From: a virus
Direction: 5' to 3' (one strand)
Length of the DNA: 64,000 nucleotides
IMG/VR virus record: IMGVR_UViG_3300025914_000010
Coordinates: 1 to 64,000 of that record
The notes under the pieces are model-generated. The model was not told where the DNA came from and did no database searches. It saw nothing but the letters and a program-made list of their open reading frames with translations. Below, in pieces: positions 18,410 through 26,628 of the stretch (position 1 is its first letter; each line of letters begins with the position of its first letter). Both the position numbers and the translations under genes were made by a program.

Positions 18410-18813
18410 GCACGATGACAAAAGACGAATTCCTGGCACGCGCCGAAAACGCTTGGAACATGGGGCTGATTACCCCGGAGCGCATGGACCTGATGAACCA
18501 ATGGCTAGAAGTCGTTATGCGGGAAGGTCACAGTCGCGTGGCCGATCAGCGCGGCGGACAGGAGCAGTGGCGGTACGTCAAAGGCTTCTGGGACGGCGAG
18601 ATGCAGCGGCTGAACCGCAGGACCGACGAGACGTTCGGGGCGTCGGGTGCTACCTTCACGCTCGCCAATGACAGCGACGGGTACGCGCTCATCGAACTCG
18701 CCGCCGTGCTGTCTCATCCGTGTCAGGCTTGTGCGGCTTCGCGGAACGCTTGGCACACGAGGCGAGCTTTTTGCAACCACAAGAAGGCGGCAGAACCATG
18801 CCAGTCTACATGA
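18403..18813 (+). CDS. Hypothetical protein
   Basis: Operon chain; C-terminal CxxC..H..C. Confidence 0.55.
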   Translation: MVSTMTKDEFLARAENAWNMGLITPERMDLMNQWLEVVMREGHSRVADQRGGQEQWRYVKGFWDGEMQRLNRRTDETFGASGATFTLANDSDGYALIELAAVLSHPCQACAASRNAWHTRRAFCNHKKAAEPCQST

Positions 18814-19365
18814 ACGCGCGCGACGCGGCGAAACTGCAAGGAGGCTCGGAAGTAGCCCGGTCCCGGCAGGAATGTGCAGGCAAAACCCGTAGGCGGTTCT
18901 CCGCTTATGATTTTCCAATGAAAACGAGGATTTGAAGCATGGCACGAACAGCGATGACAGCAGAGAAGAAGGCTGCGCTCGTGGAAGCGCGAGCGCAGAC
19001 GATTGAGCAGAACGGCGACCTCTACGATATCGCCTGGAAATTTACAAATGGTGAGTGCTACGTGATCCGGCGCGACGGCGCCCCACGCGGAGGGGAGGAA
19101 TGAACGACGGGCCAAAATACAAACTCTTCTTTTGGGATGACGTGCTCGAAAATTACGGCACCGGTGTTATGTTCGCGATTGCCCGCGACCTGCAAGAAGC
19201 GAAGCAACTCATTCTCGCTCACATGCCTTGTGTTCCTGAGCACGAATTCGAGAAGGAATGCCAAATCATCGAAGGACCGTTCGGGTTCGCGATGTACGGG
19301 AGCGATTAGATGCCAGTCTACATGAACGCGCGCGACGCGGCGAAACTGCAAGGAGGCCCGGAAGT
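18798..19365 (+). repeat. 56-bp direct repeat (1 mismatch) flanking two small genes
   Basis: Copies at 18798-18853 and 19310-19365, each reading MPVYMNARDAAKLQGG(S/P)EV. Confidence 0.95.
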
Positions 19366-19369
19366 CACG

Positions 19370-19813
19370 ATGAAAGCTATCAGTTTATGGCAACCGTGGG
19401 CGTCCCTGGTTGGACGCGGCAAGATGCATGAAACGCGTTCGTGGCCGACTGCCTACCGAGGCCCTATTGCCATTCACGCAGCGAAGCACTTCACGCAGGA
19501 TGAACGAGACGTTTACTGCAGTGAACCGTTCAGGTCTGCTCTAAAAGAATTTTGGTTTTTCGACCAGGAGTTACCGCGTGGCGCGATTGTCGCTATTGCA
19601 AATTTAGTCGCGTGCAAACCCACGCGCGGGGCAAAAAATGAATTTGGCTCGGGACCGAAATACGCTGATTGGGTCCACATGATTTCAAAGGAAGATCGAG
19701 CGTTCGGCGACTTTACGCCAGGTCGATTCGGATGGCAGTTCGCAGACATTCGGATACTGCCACAGCCTATCCCGTACCGAGGCGCACAGGGATTGTTTGA
19801 AGTGCAACTTTGA
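19370..19813 (+). CDS. ASCH domain protein
   Basis: MKAISLWQPWASLVGRGKMHETRSW..YRGPIAIHAA...PIPYRGAQGLF. Confidence 0.9.
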   Translation: MKAISLWQPWASLVGRGKMHETRSWPTAYRGPIAIHAAKHFTQDERDVYCSEPFRSALKEFWFFDQELPRGAIVAIANLVACKPTRGAKNEFGSGPKYADWVHMISKEDRAFGDFTPGRFGWQFADIRILPQPIPYRGAQGLFEVQL

Positions 19814-19925
19814 GATCAAAAAGCAGACGAATGGCGAGCAATTCCGGGTATAATTTAGGTGTATGCAGAGGCGGTTTGGCGACCCCTCTGCGTGGACATC
19901 TACCTTCTCGTGAAAGGCGATTATC

Positions 19926-20975
19926 ATGCGTAAGTATACCCCTGAAGCCCCGACTCCGTGTTTTGGTTCATTCACTCCTTCGTCTGTTTACACCGAGTTC
20001 CGCAAGGTTCCATACACTCCTGAGCAAGATGAAATTCTGCGCCGCATGTACCTTACCCATTCTCACTTAGAGATCGGGATGCTTATTGGTCGTGTCGAGA
20101 AATCGGTTCGCAATAGGTGTTGGGTGCTGGGACTTCGCAAGCGCAATGGCCCCTGGACAGAAGCGGAATACGAGCAGGTTCGGCAGTGGTACGCAGATCA
20201 CGAAAGCGGCAAAGGTTTCTTTTTAGACGAGCTGAGTAGAATTATGCATCGTAGTAAATGCGATATTTGCGATAAAGCGGCCGCAATGGGGCTGACACGC
20301 AAGAAACGTTTCTACGGGCATAAAGAACCGCGCAAGCCAATGTTTGCAACAGAACCTGAACGTATTGCATTCCGTGCTGCTCAAATGAGACAGTGGTACT
20401 CTCTGAACAAACACCCGCGCGGATATCGCGGACACAAACATTCCGCTGACACCCGCGCCAAGATTTCCGCCCGAAGCATAGCGGCAGCGGCCAAGAAAAC
20501 GCCTGAACAGAGGAGCGAAATCAACATGCGATCTGTCCAAACCAAAATTGCAAAATATGGCACTGCGGGGCCGACCATGCTTTCAAGCAATGCCTACAGC
20601 CGCACCAAAAGCGGAAAGCGTGCCGATCTTGGCGGGCAGTTCTTTCGTTCGCGATGGGAAGCCAATTACGCTCGCTACTTGCGGATGCTGGTTGAAAAAG
20701 GGCAGATCAAGTCATGGGAATTCGAGCCTAAGACATTCGTATTTGTCGGCGTTACTCGCGGCCAACTGACCTACACTCCGGACTTTCGCATCACAGAAAA
20801 TGACGGATCGCAAGTTTGGCACGAAGTCAAAGGATGGATGGACGCCAAGAGCAAAGCCAAGTTGAAGCGGTTCGCTAAGTTCTTCCCCGAAGAAAAACTC
20901 ATTGTAATAGCACAGCCGGAATACAAGGCCATAGCGCAATACGCTCGTCTGATCGAAGGTTGGGAAGATGAATAA
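19926..20975 (+). CDS. Endonuclease with HTH/NUMOD3-like DNA-binding region and C-terminal PD-(D/E)XK (DUF1064-like) domain
   Basis: GHKHSADTRAKIS; FRSRWEANYA...YTPDF...HEVKGW. Confidence 0.8.
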   Translation: MRKYTPEAPTPCFGSFTPSSVYTEFRKVPYTPEQDEILRRMYLTHSHLEIGMLIGRVEKSVRNRCWVLGLRKRNGPWTEAEYEQVRQWYADHESGKGFFLDELSRIMHRSKCDICDKAAAMGLTRKKRFYGHKEPRKPMFATEPERIAFRAAQMRQWYSLNKHPRGYRGHKHSADTRAKISARSIAAAAKKTPEQRSEINMRSVQTKIAKYGTAGPTMLSSNAYSRTKSGKRADLGGQFFRSRWEANYARYLRMLVEKGQIKSWEFEPKTFVFVGVTRGQLTYTPDFRITENDGSQVWHEVKGWMDAKSKAKLKRFAKFFPEEKLIVIAQPEYKAIAQYARLIEGWEDE

Positions 20976-21108
20976 TGCCCTGGTAGAGATGAAGATACTG
21001 ATCGACGACAGCCGCAAGCACGTCACTGCTTACACTGCGTCGATTGTCGGGCGCGAAGTCGAAAAGGATCGCGCTTGTGTTGTCGTGCTGATTGAGGAGG
21101 ATATATGA
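20968..21108 (+). pseudogene. Possible C-terminal remnant of a RusA-like resolvase
   Basis: NALVEMKILIDDSRKHV...RACVVVLIEE resembles the RusA C-terminus. Confidence 0.4.
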
Positions 21109-21335
21109 GCAAGTTCATCATCCGCCCCGACAGTCACGGCCACGTAGACGACGTAGTTATCACATGCGACAGTTTTCGCATGGAACGCATGGACAAAGGC
21201 TCGTGGTGCATTGCCGTCTATCGCGGTGAAGAGCGGGTCTGCTTCAGCCTTACGAGCAGCAAGGGGAGCATTCGGGCGATCGTGACGGAGGATGATTTTG
21301 ACTGCGTGGATGATACGCCGAAGAAGGCGAAGTGA
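21105..21335 (+). CDS. Hypothetical protein
   Basis: GAGGAG RBS. Confidence 0.6.
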   Translation: MSKFIIRPDSHGHVDDVVITCDSFRMERMDKGSWCIAVYRGEERVCFSLTSSKGSIRAIVTEDDFDCVDDTPKKAK

Positions 21336-21636
21336 CCGCCGCTCCCGGCCCACCCCGCCAAGTGACCTGCCACAAGTGCGGCAGGATTGACGTGAACCAC
21401 GAGTGGGACGGGCAGACGGTTGAGGAGGGAGGAACGGGCGATGGCGAAGGTTAGCCCCAAATTCGTAAACTGCTTATCTTGTATCGTCGAAATTATAGAC
21501 GATGCGAACAAACCGCGCAGGATACGGGAATACAAGGTTCGGCGGGAAGCGTTCTTGGCCGACCTGTCCCCGTCCGAACGCCGCGCCGTCGCTAAGATCG
21601 AAGTGGCGATTGCTGAACTGAGCGAGGAAGCAGACG

Positions 21637-21873
21637 ATGGACGCTAAAAAAGCGACGGGAGTACGGCTAGTATCCGTGCTGCTGGTCGTCCTGCTCGGGT
21701 TCAACCTTGTCTTAGGGTATCAGTCAGAGCAGCGCCGGATAAACCGGCAACTCATCGCCCTGGCCGCCGGCCAGGACGCTCTCATCAACCAGTGCGACCG
21801 TATCCAGGCGGAACTGCGGAGGCATGAGGCGGTTGCCGGGAAAAAGAGGGCGGCAGAAGATGGCGGACGCTAA
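21637..21873 (+). CDS. Small membrane-anchored coiled-coil protein
   Basis: N-terminal hydrophobic helix. Confidence 0.55.
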   Translation: MDAKKATGVRLVSVLLVVLLGFNLVLGYQSEQRRINRQLIALAAGQDALINQCDRIQAELRRHEAVAGKKRAAEDGGR

Positions 21874-22517
21874 GAGGGTGCTGAAGTGGCTCAAGAGGGC
21901 CGAAGAGCGACGTTGGTACGGCGATGGTTATGATCGCCCGTGCTGCGGGTTTCATTATCGATTGGGGCAAGATGTGACGCATTCACCCACGTGCGAACTC
22001 GGCGCCTTAATCGCCGAATATGAGCACGAAGCTGCGACTACCGGCTGGCAATCCACCGTCGGCATGTTCACGGGTGACACCGCAATGATGGAGATTTCCG
22101 AGGCGACGCGGAAGGTCCGGGAGGATCATTGGGTAGATGGTTCGGGCGGATGGAGGCCGGGATCGGAGCTGGCGCGACCTCCCGCCGCTGCCGCCGACCG
22201 GGAAGGAGCCGAAGCCGTGAGCAACAAGCCAACATGGTTCCAGAAGCAACTCGACGCCGCCAGCGCACGCGCCGACAAACTGCCCGATTGGGCGAAGAAG
22301 GAGGCGGGGCTGCCGGTAACGGAGCCAATCGACCTCGCCGTTGAGTGCGGGCGGCTACGGAAGGGCATCGACCGGATCGCGCGAAAATGCGAGCACTCAC
22401 ATCATCCTGGCGTCCACGTGACGGGAGCGGAGCTGCGAGCGTTGATTGCCGAGCCGGAAATGCCGGTGGCTGTCCGGGCGGCGATGGAGGCGGAAGCGGA
22501 AGCGAAGGAGGAGGGCG

Positions 22518-22730
22518 GTGAAACTGAAACCTGAAAAATATACGCTTGTACCGCTGCCTGATGGCCGATGGAAGTGCCACGAGAACCAGATGCGCAGTTC
22601 ATGGAGCTACGGCGCAACGCCAAACGAAGCGATTGAAAACGCTCGTGTGTGCTTCGAGAATTTCAAAGCATTCTGCGCACGGATGGAAGAATTGTATCCG
22701 AGCCTGAGCGATAAGGCGAGCAACCAATGA
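22518..22730 (+). CDS. Second small HicB-like protein
   Basis: YTLVPLPDGRWKCHENQMRSSWSYGATPNEAIENAR; similar to 340-579. Confidence 0.5.
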   Translation: MKLKPEKYTLVPLPDGRWKCHENQMRSSWSYGATPNEAIENARVCFENFKAFCARMEELYPSLSDKASNQ

Positions 22731-22828
22731 CCTTCCCCGCGCACCCGCCGCTGCTTCTATGGCCAATGCCGCAGAGACAGGCGAGGCGGGCGGTCCGGGG
22801 GAACTCGGATACGAAGAGGAGGAGAGAG

Positions 22829-23143
22829 ATGAGCAATAATCTGGAAGTCAAAGCAACGCTTGATGGGCCATCAGTAACCGAGGCGATAACGAAGGCGATT
22901 CTCGACAGCGTTCTCGGTCAAGAGATCGAGAAGGAAGTCAAGAGTTATGTCAGCAAGTTGCACAATTCGTACAACAGTCCGCTTGAGTCTACGGTTAAGC
23001 GCATCGTGGATGAAGAGTTGTACAAGGTCATCACAATGGACTACATGGACCAAATCCGAGCCGTCATTCGCGAGAAGGTAGACGAGAAGATGGTCAGTAT
23101 TATCGTAGAAAAAGCGTGGGAATCGTTCGAAAAAAGGTGGTAG
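22829..23143 (+). CDS. Hypothetical protein, last gene of the + strand region
   Basis: GAGGAGG RBS. Confidence 0.65.
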   Translation: MSNNLEVKATLDGPSVTEAITKAILDSVLGQEIEKEVKSYVSKLHNSYNSPLESTVKRIVDEELYKVITMDYMDQIRAVIREKVDEKMVSIIVEKAWESFEKRW

Positions 23144-23190
23144 CGGATTAGGGCACTACCGCGCCGCAATCAAATCCATCTGCCCGTACG

Positions 23191-24771
23191 TCAAGACGCC
23201 TCAACCTCCACCAGCCGCGCATACCCGTCGGTAGCAGTATTTACCACCAGCCGGAACTTGCTGCTCGTAAAGGAGGCAAACGTCACCGTGCGCTTCACGA
23301 GCCGGTTGCCGGTCACGCTTGCAAGCGTCTGCCACTTGCTGCCGTCCCACCCGAGCACATCGAACGCGGTGACCCCGTACAGGCTGAACGTCGTCGCATC
23401 GGTCGGCTCGATCGGCGACGCGAGGTTATCTTGCAGCGTCGTGACGGTGAACTGAGAGAACGCGACAGGCTGTGGGAAGTCGAATTCCACCCACTTCGGA
23501 AACACTCCCTGCTGGCCGTCGTTCCACCCGCCGCCCGGCGCACCTTTGCCCCAGTTCGCCCCCTTGTGATCCCCGTCCACAAGGTTCGAAAGCGGGAACA
23601 TGCCCGACAGGTACGTGCTGGACGCGGACATGGAAGCAGAGGCGAGGGCGTTGCCGGGCAGCGGAGCAGGCCCGACAGTTTGCAGGGCGGGCACAGCCGC
23701 AATCACCTGCGTCTTGAACGCCTCCATCTCAGCCTTGAACGCAAGGAAATCTGCCTGGCTCATATCGTCTCCTATCATCCGACGGAGCGTTCCGTCACCG
23801 ATTCCGGTCGCAAGCGACTGCGAGTATTGCGTATGGGCGCGCTGGACGATCTTTCCGATCGGCGTCTGCTCGTCCCAACCGGACAGCGTTCCGCCGCCCC
23901 ATGCGTTGTACCAGACGAACTGCGAGCCACCGGCGAGCGCCGCCCGCATCAGCGGCCAAACGTCCCACTGCCACGCCCACGAGCAGAACAGCATCAGGGC
24001 GCATGTCTGCACCTTCCCACTCGCGAAGTCGTGCTCGCTCCCGATGTTGTACTCCCCGATCCCGCCGTCGTCTCCGCCGCGGCTAATCCCTCCGTCGAAC
24101 AGTGCCCCTGCGAGGAACGACTTCCCGGCGTTCACCGTGAACCAGTGGTACGCGTCATCGACATTCGTGAAGTCGAGGTTGTCGATCGCGCCGCCGACCA
24201 CATCGGTAAGGTCCGCCGTCAGTTTGTTCGTCAATCCAGCGAACAAGTAGTCGAGGTAGCACACGAGCGCGGCGCGTGGGCTGTAGGAATAGGCTCCGGT
24301 TCGGTAGTCGTGGTTACGATCGAGGTAGGCGTCGATGGCGGCTCCGGGGTCCGGGACAACATTGCTCATATCGTCGAAGTAGACGCGGCTGACCGATCGG
24401 ACGGCGGCTGTCGGCCAGAATCCCCACGCGCCGTTGACGCCCTCGAAGTGATCCGTGGCAGAATTGAAGCCCCAGCCGTCGAGAGTGTCGGTGGCGTAGA
24501 CGCAATCGATCGATCCAGCGCGTTCGATGTGTCCATCCGGGTCCCAGGTGACGGACGGAATAGCGACCTTCCCCCATATCTGAACGTGGTCGGGGGCCAG
24601 CGCGTGAATGCGGGCGGCTACGTCGGTGACGGAGACAGAGGCGTCAAGGGTGATCTGCGTGATAGAATGCCCTTCGTTTCTCGCGTCCTGCGCCCAGCGG
24701 AACAATCGCGTCGAGTTGCGTGCCTGGGTTGCGGTTTCTGTGATGGAGAGAATGTTCAACCCAGTCTCCAC
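23191..24771 (-). CDS. Protein with possible C25 (gingipain)-like N-terminal fold and C-terminal discoidin (F5/8C) domain
   Basis: C-terminal ASST..LVDG...W...WVEFDF...FDVLGWDGSKW...LVEVE; N-terminal GKVAIP, SRVYF, AYLDRNHDYRTG. Confidence 0.65.
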   Translation of the reverse strand: METGLNILSITETATQARNSTRLFRWAQDARNEGHSITQITLDASVSVTDVAARIHALAPDHVQIWGKVAIPSVTWDPDGHIERAGSIDCVYATDTLDGWGFNSATDHFEGVNGAWGFWPTAAVRSVSRVYFDDMSNVVPDPGAAIDAYLDRNHDYRTGAYSYSPRAALVCYLDYLFAGLTNKLTADLTDVVGGAIDNLDFTNVDDAYHWFTVNAGKSFLAGALFDGGISRGGDDGGIGEYNIGSEHDFASGKVQTCALMLFCSWAWQWDVWPLMRAALAGGSQFVWYNAWGGGTLSGWDEQTPIGKIVQRAHTQYSQSLATGIGDGTLRRMIGDDMSQADFLAFKAEMEAFKTQVIAAVPALQTVGPAPLPGNALASASMSASSTYLSGMFPLSNLVDGDHKGANWGKGAPGGGWNDGQQGVFPKWVEFDFPQPVAFSQFTVTTLQDNLASPIEPTDATTFSLYGVTAFDVLGWDGSKWQTLASVTGNRLVKRTVTFASFTSSKFRLVVNTATDGYARLVEVEAS

Positions 24772-25358
24772 CCGCCGCCGTCACCGTTACTTAGATCACC
24801 GTCCGCCGACATGCCCGCGATTGTCGCCGCCGCAAGCTGCTTCAAATTCCAGTCGAGGTATTTGCGCGACCCACTCCAGCCGCCGCTCTGAGCGAGCCAC
24901 GTCCAAGATACGTACCCTGCGCTCTTAAGCCCCGCACAGACCGCCCCAGAGCCGTAGACGCCCACATTGTAGGTGTCCTTGCCAATCTGCCCGTGACGTT
25001 GCAGGCTATCCCTCACGCCCTTGAAGTAATCGACCACCGTCGCCGCCGGAACGTCGCAATCGACCGCGAAGTAGATCGGTGCGCTGAACGGCTGGCCGAT
25101 GTGCTGCGCGAACGCGAACGCGGCGGCTCCGTCGAGGATGCCTTGCTGGTAGGTGAAGAAGGAGGCATGGTCGCCGGCACTCTCCCAGACGGTCACTACC
25201 GCGAGGAGGGCTTTCGAGAGTGCCTGCACTTCTGCGATCGTCATGTTCTTCCATGCGCTGTGGCTGATGTACCTCGCGACAAAACTATAGCCGAGACTCT
25301 TGATCTCGGCTATGTGGGGCGTGCAATTCTGCGTAGTATCAAGACCTTTGTTTGTCAT
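24756..25358 (-). CDS. Endolysin, DUF1906/GH25-like glycoside hydrolase
   Basis: GYSFVARY...KNMTIAEV...VWE...G..DG..A...PIYFAVD.D...YF.G...VGVYGSG.VC...WLAQS.GW. Confidence 0.88.
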   Translation of the reverse strand: MTNKGLDTTQNCTPHIAEIKSLGYSFVARYISHSAWKNMTIAEVQALSKALLAVVTVWESAGDHASFFTYQQGILDGAAAFAFAQHIGQPFSAPIYFAVDCDVPAATVVDYFKGVRDSLQRHGQIGKDTYNVGVYGSGAVCAGLKSAGYVSWTWLAQSGGWSGSRKYLDWNLKQLAAATIAGMSADGDLSNGDGGGWRLG

Positions 25359-25456
25359 CAGTGAGAAATCCCAAGCACCTGCCGCCCCACCAGCCAACAG
25401 AACACGATCATCGCGATGACGGTGAGCAGGGTTACAATCTCTTTCAGGCGGTCCAT
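25358..25456 (-). CDS. 32-aa single-TM peptide coupled to the endolysin
   Basis: MDRLKEIVTLLTVIAMIVFCWLVGRQVLGISH; TGATG overlap. Confidence 0.5.
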   Translation of the reverse strand: MDRLKEIVTLLTVIAMIVFCWLVGRQVLGISH

Positions 25457-25535
25457 AAGGCGGTATCTGTGTGCAGCGTCAGTACAGCGCTCGACACGAA
25501 ATCGAGCGTTATTACGAGAAGTCGGGGGCCAAATA

Positions 25536-25570
25536 ACAGAAAAGCCTCGCTCCGATGAGGGAACGAGGCT
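25536..25570 (-). terminator. Intrinsic terminator closing the ncRNA unit
   Basis: AGCCTCGTTCC-CTCATC-GGAGCGAGGCT-TTTCTGTT on minus strand. Confidence 0.75.
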
Positions 25571-25577
25571 GCTCGGC

Positions 25578-25624
25578 AAGTTACTCGGAAATTACTCGGA
25601 AGTTACTCGGAAGTTACTCGGAAG
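25578..25624. repeat. 4 x 11-bp tandem repeat AAGTTACTCGG
   Basis: Units start at 25578, 25589 (one mismatch), 25600 and 25611. Confidence 0.95.
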
Positions 25625-25627
25625 GTT

Positions 25628-25823
25628 TTTGATCTCTGCGGGCCGGTCGCTTAATCCGGCTCAGACTGCCCGATTTGTCCGCGCCCGGTGGTTGACTAAA
25701 CTCCGGTTCGTCGGGTGCCTGTAAGTATAGGTAGTCACTCCTATACCCTGTCTTCCTGGAGTGAGCGTGTCGATTAAAGGGAGCCAGCCTTCGTTGCCCT
25801 TCCACGCCGCCGCAGAGATCAAA
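25628..25823 (-). ncRNA. Large tRNA-like structured RNA domain
   Basis: Perfect 14-bp closing stem TTTGATCTCTGCGG/CCGCAGAGATCAAA; D-like arm GCGTG..CACGC; T-like arm GCCGG-ATTAAGCGA-CCGGC; internal TCACTCC/GGAGTGA. Confidence 0.65.
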
Positions 25824-25991
25824 CCGGTTTTCACTGCCGAACCATCCCAAGGGCAGGTAAAGGGTTCCTGTTGGCCGCGACTTTCGTCTCGCACCCTCCA
25901 CGTCAGGCATCTTTCAGCGACAGTGAAATCGGTAGAGGCATATAGGGAGCCTAACGCTTCACACGGCATGAAGCCGAGTTTCATGCCTCTA

Positions 25992-26065
25992 TAATGGCGG
26001 CGCGATTCGAACGCGCACTGTGCAGGGTTTAAGCCTGCTGTCTCCTGCCGTTGGACTACGCCATC
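25992..26065 (-). tRNA. tRNA-Leu(UAA), short variable arm, no encoded CCA
   Basis: GATGGCG/CGCCATT acceptor with A73; GTC..GAC D-stem; GCAGG-CTTAAAC-CCTGC; T-arm GCGCG-TTCGAAT-CGCGC. Confidence 0.88.
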
Positions 26066-26213
26066 GAAGCGCAGTCACCTCCGACACGGGTAAGGCGAAA
26101 GAGGTGACTGCTTGTGCGAGGTGGTATGGATGGAACTGTAGGTTAAACGCAAATCGTCCGAATCCGACTCGGAAAATCTAGGTCCTAGACAGCCCACCAC
26201 GACTCACATATCT

Positions 26214-26221
26214 ATTATACC
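26214..26221 (-). promoter_or_regulatory. -10 element driving the tRNA/ncRNA unit
   Basis: GGTATAAT on minus strand; no clear -35. Confidence 0.5.
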
Positions 26222-26533
26222 CCACCAGTCACCTGCTCACCGTCCGCAGTCCGCTTCCCGCCCAACCGCCCAACCGCCCCAGCAACTCCTCCTCGCCCAG
26301 CCGCTCGGCGTCGGCGGCTATCTGGCGGTCCCAGGCGTCCTGATCGGCCTGCAACTCAGCACGCGCTTCGGCGAGTAGATTCGGGTATTCCGGGTCGTCT
26401 TTGTAGCGGCGGCTGACGAGTTTGGCGGCAGGGCAGGTAATGGCTGTTGTGGGTCCGTATCAATCGGCGGCGTCAATAGTGATTATCGATTTCTGTTAAA
26501 TTGACCAGAATGCTTGTCGAGTAGTCTACTAAT

Positions 26534-26628
26534 TTTGATCTCAAATCAGGTATAATTTAGCAGACAAAACAAAAGCCCCCGCGACGGCTGGAACCGTCCG
26601 GGAGCGTGACACCGAAAGGGTAATTTCG
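26534..26628 (+). promoter_or_regulatory. Endonuclease promoter, operator and two-hairpin leader
   Basis: TTTGATCTCAAA, GGTATAAT, bulged-C hairpin, GTGA, start-occluding hairpin; same layout at 48874-48966 and 19809-19925. Confidence 0.7.

Noticed and set aside
23431-24891. Long + strand ORFs opposite late genes (also 40975-42249, 58072-59070, 59701-60807)
   Set aside because: Antisense shadows of GC-rich genes with no motifs or RBS
25578-25624. CRISPR or TIGR-like array
   Set aside because: Repeats are contiguous 11-mers without spacers; no Cas or Nop-domain gene recognised
25870-25910. Hammerhead ribozyme (CTGACG...CGAAA on the minus strand)
   Set aside because: Core reads CUGACGU rather than CUGANGA, and stems I/III could not be built
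25992-26065. Suppressor tRNA or stop-codon reassignment
   Set aside because: Anticodon UAA reads Leu UUA; capsid, tail and tape measure genes are intact in the standard code
26229-26460. Minus-strand ORF containing AWDRQIAAD
   Set aside because: No start codon after an upstream in-frame stop; at most a remnant truncated by the neighbouring HNH insertion
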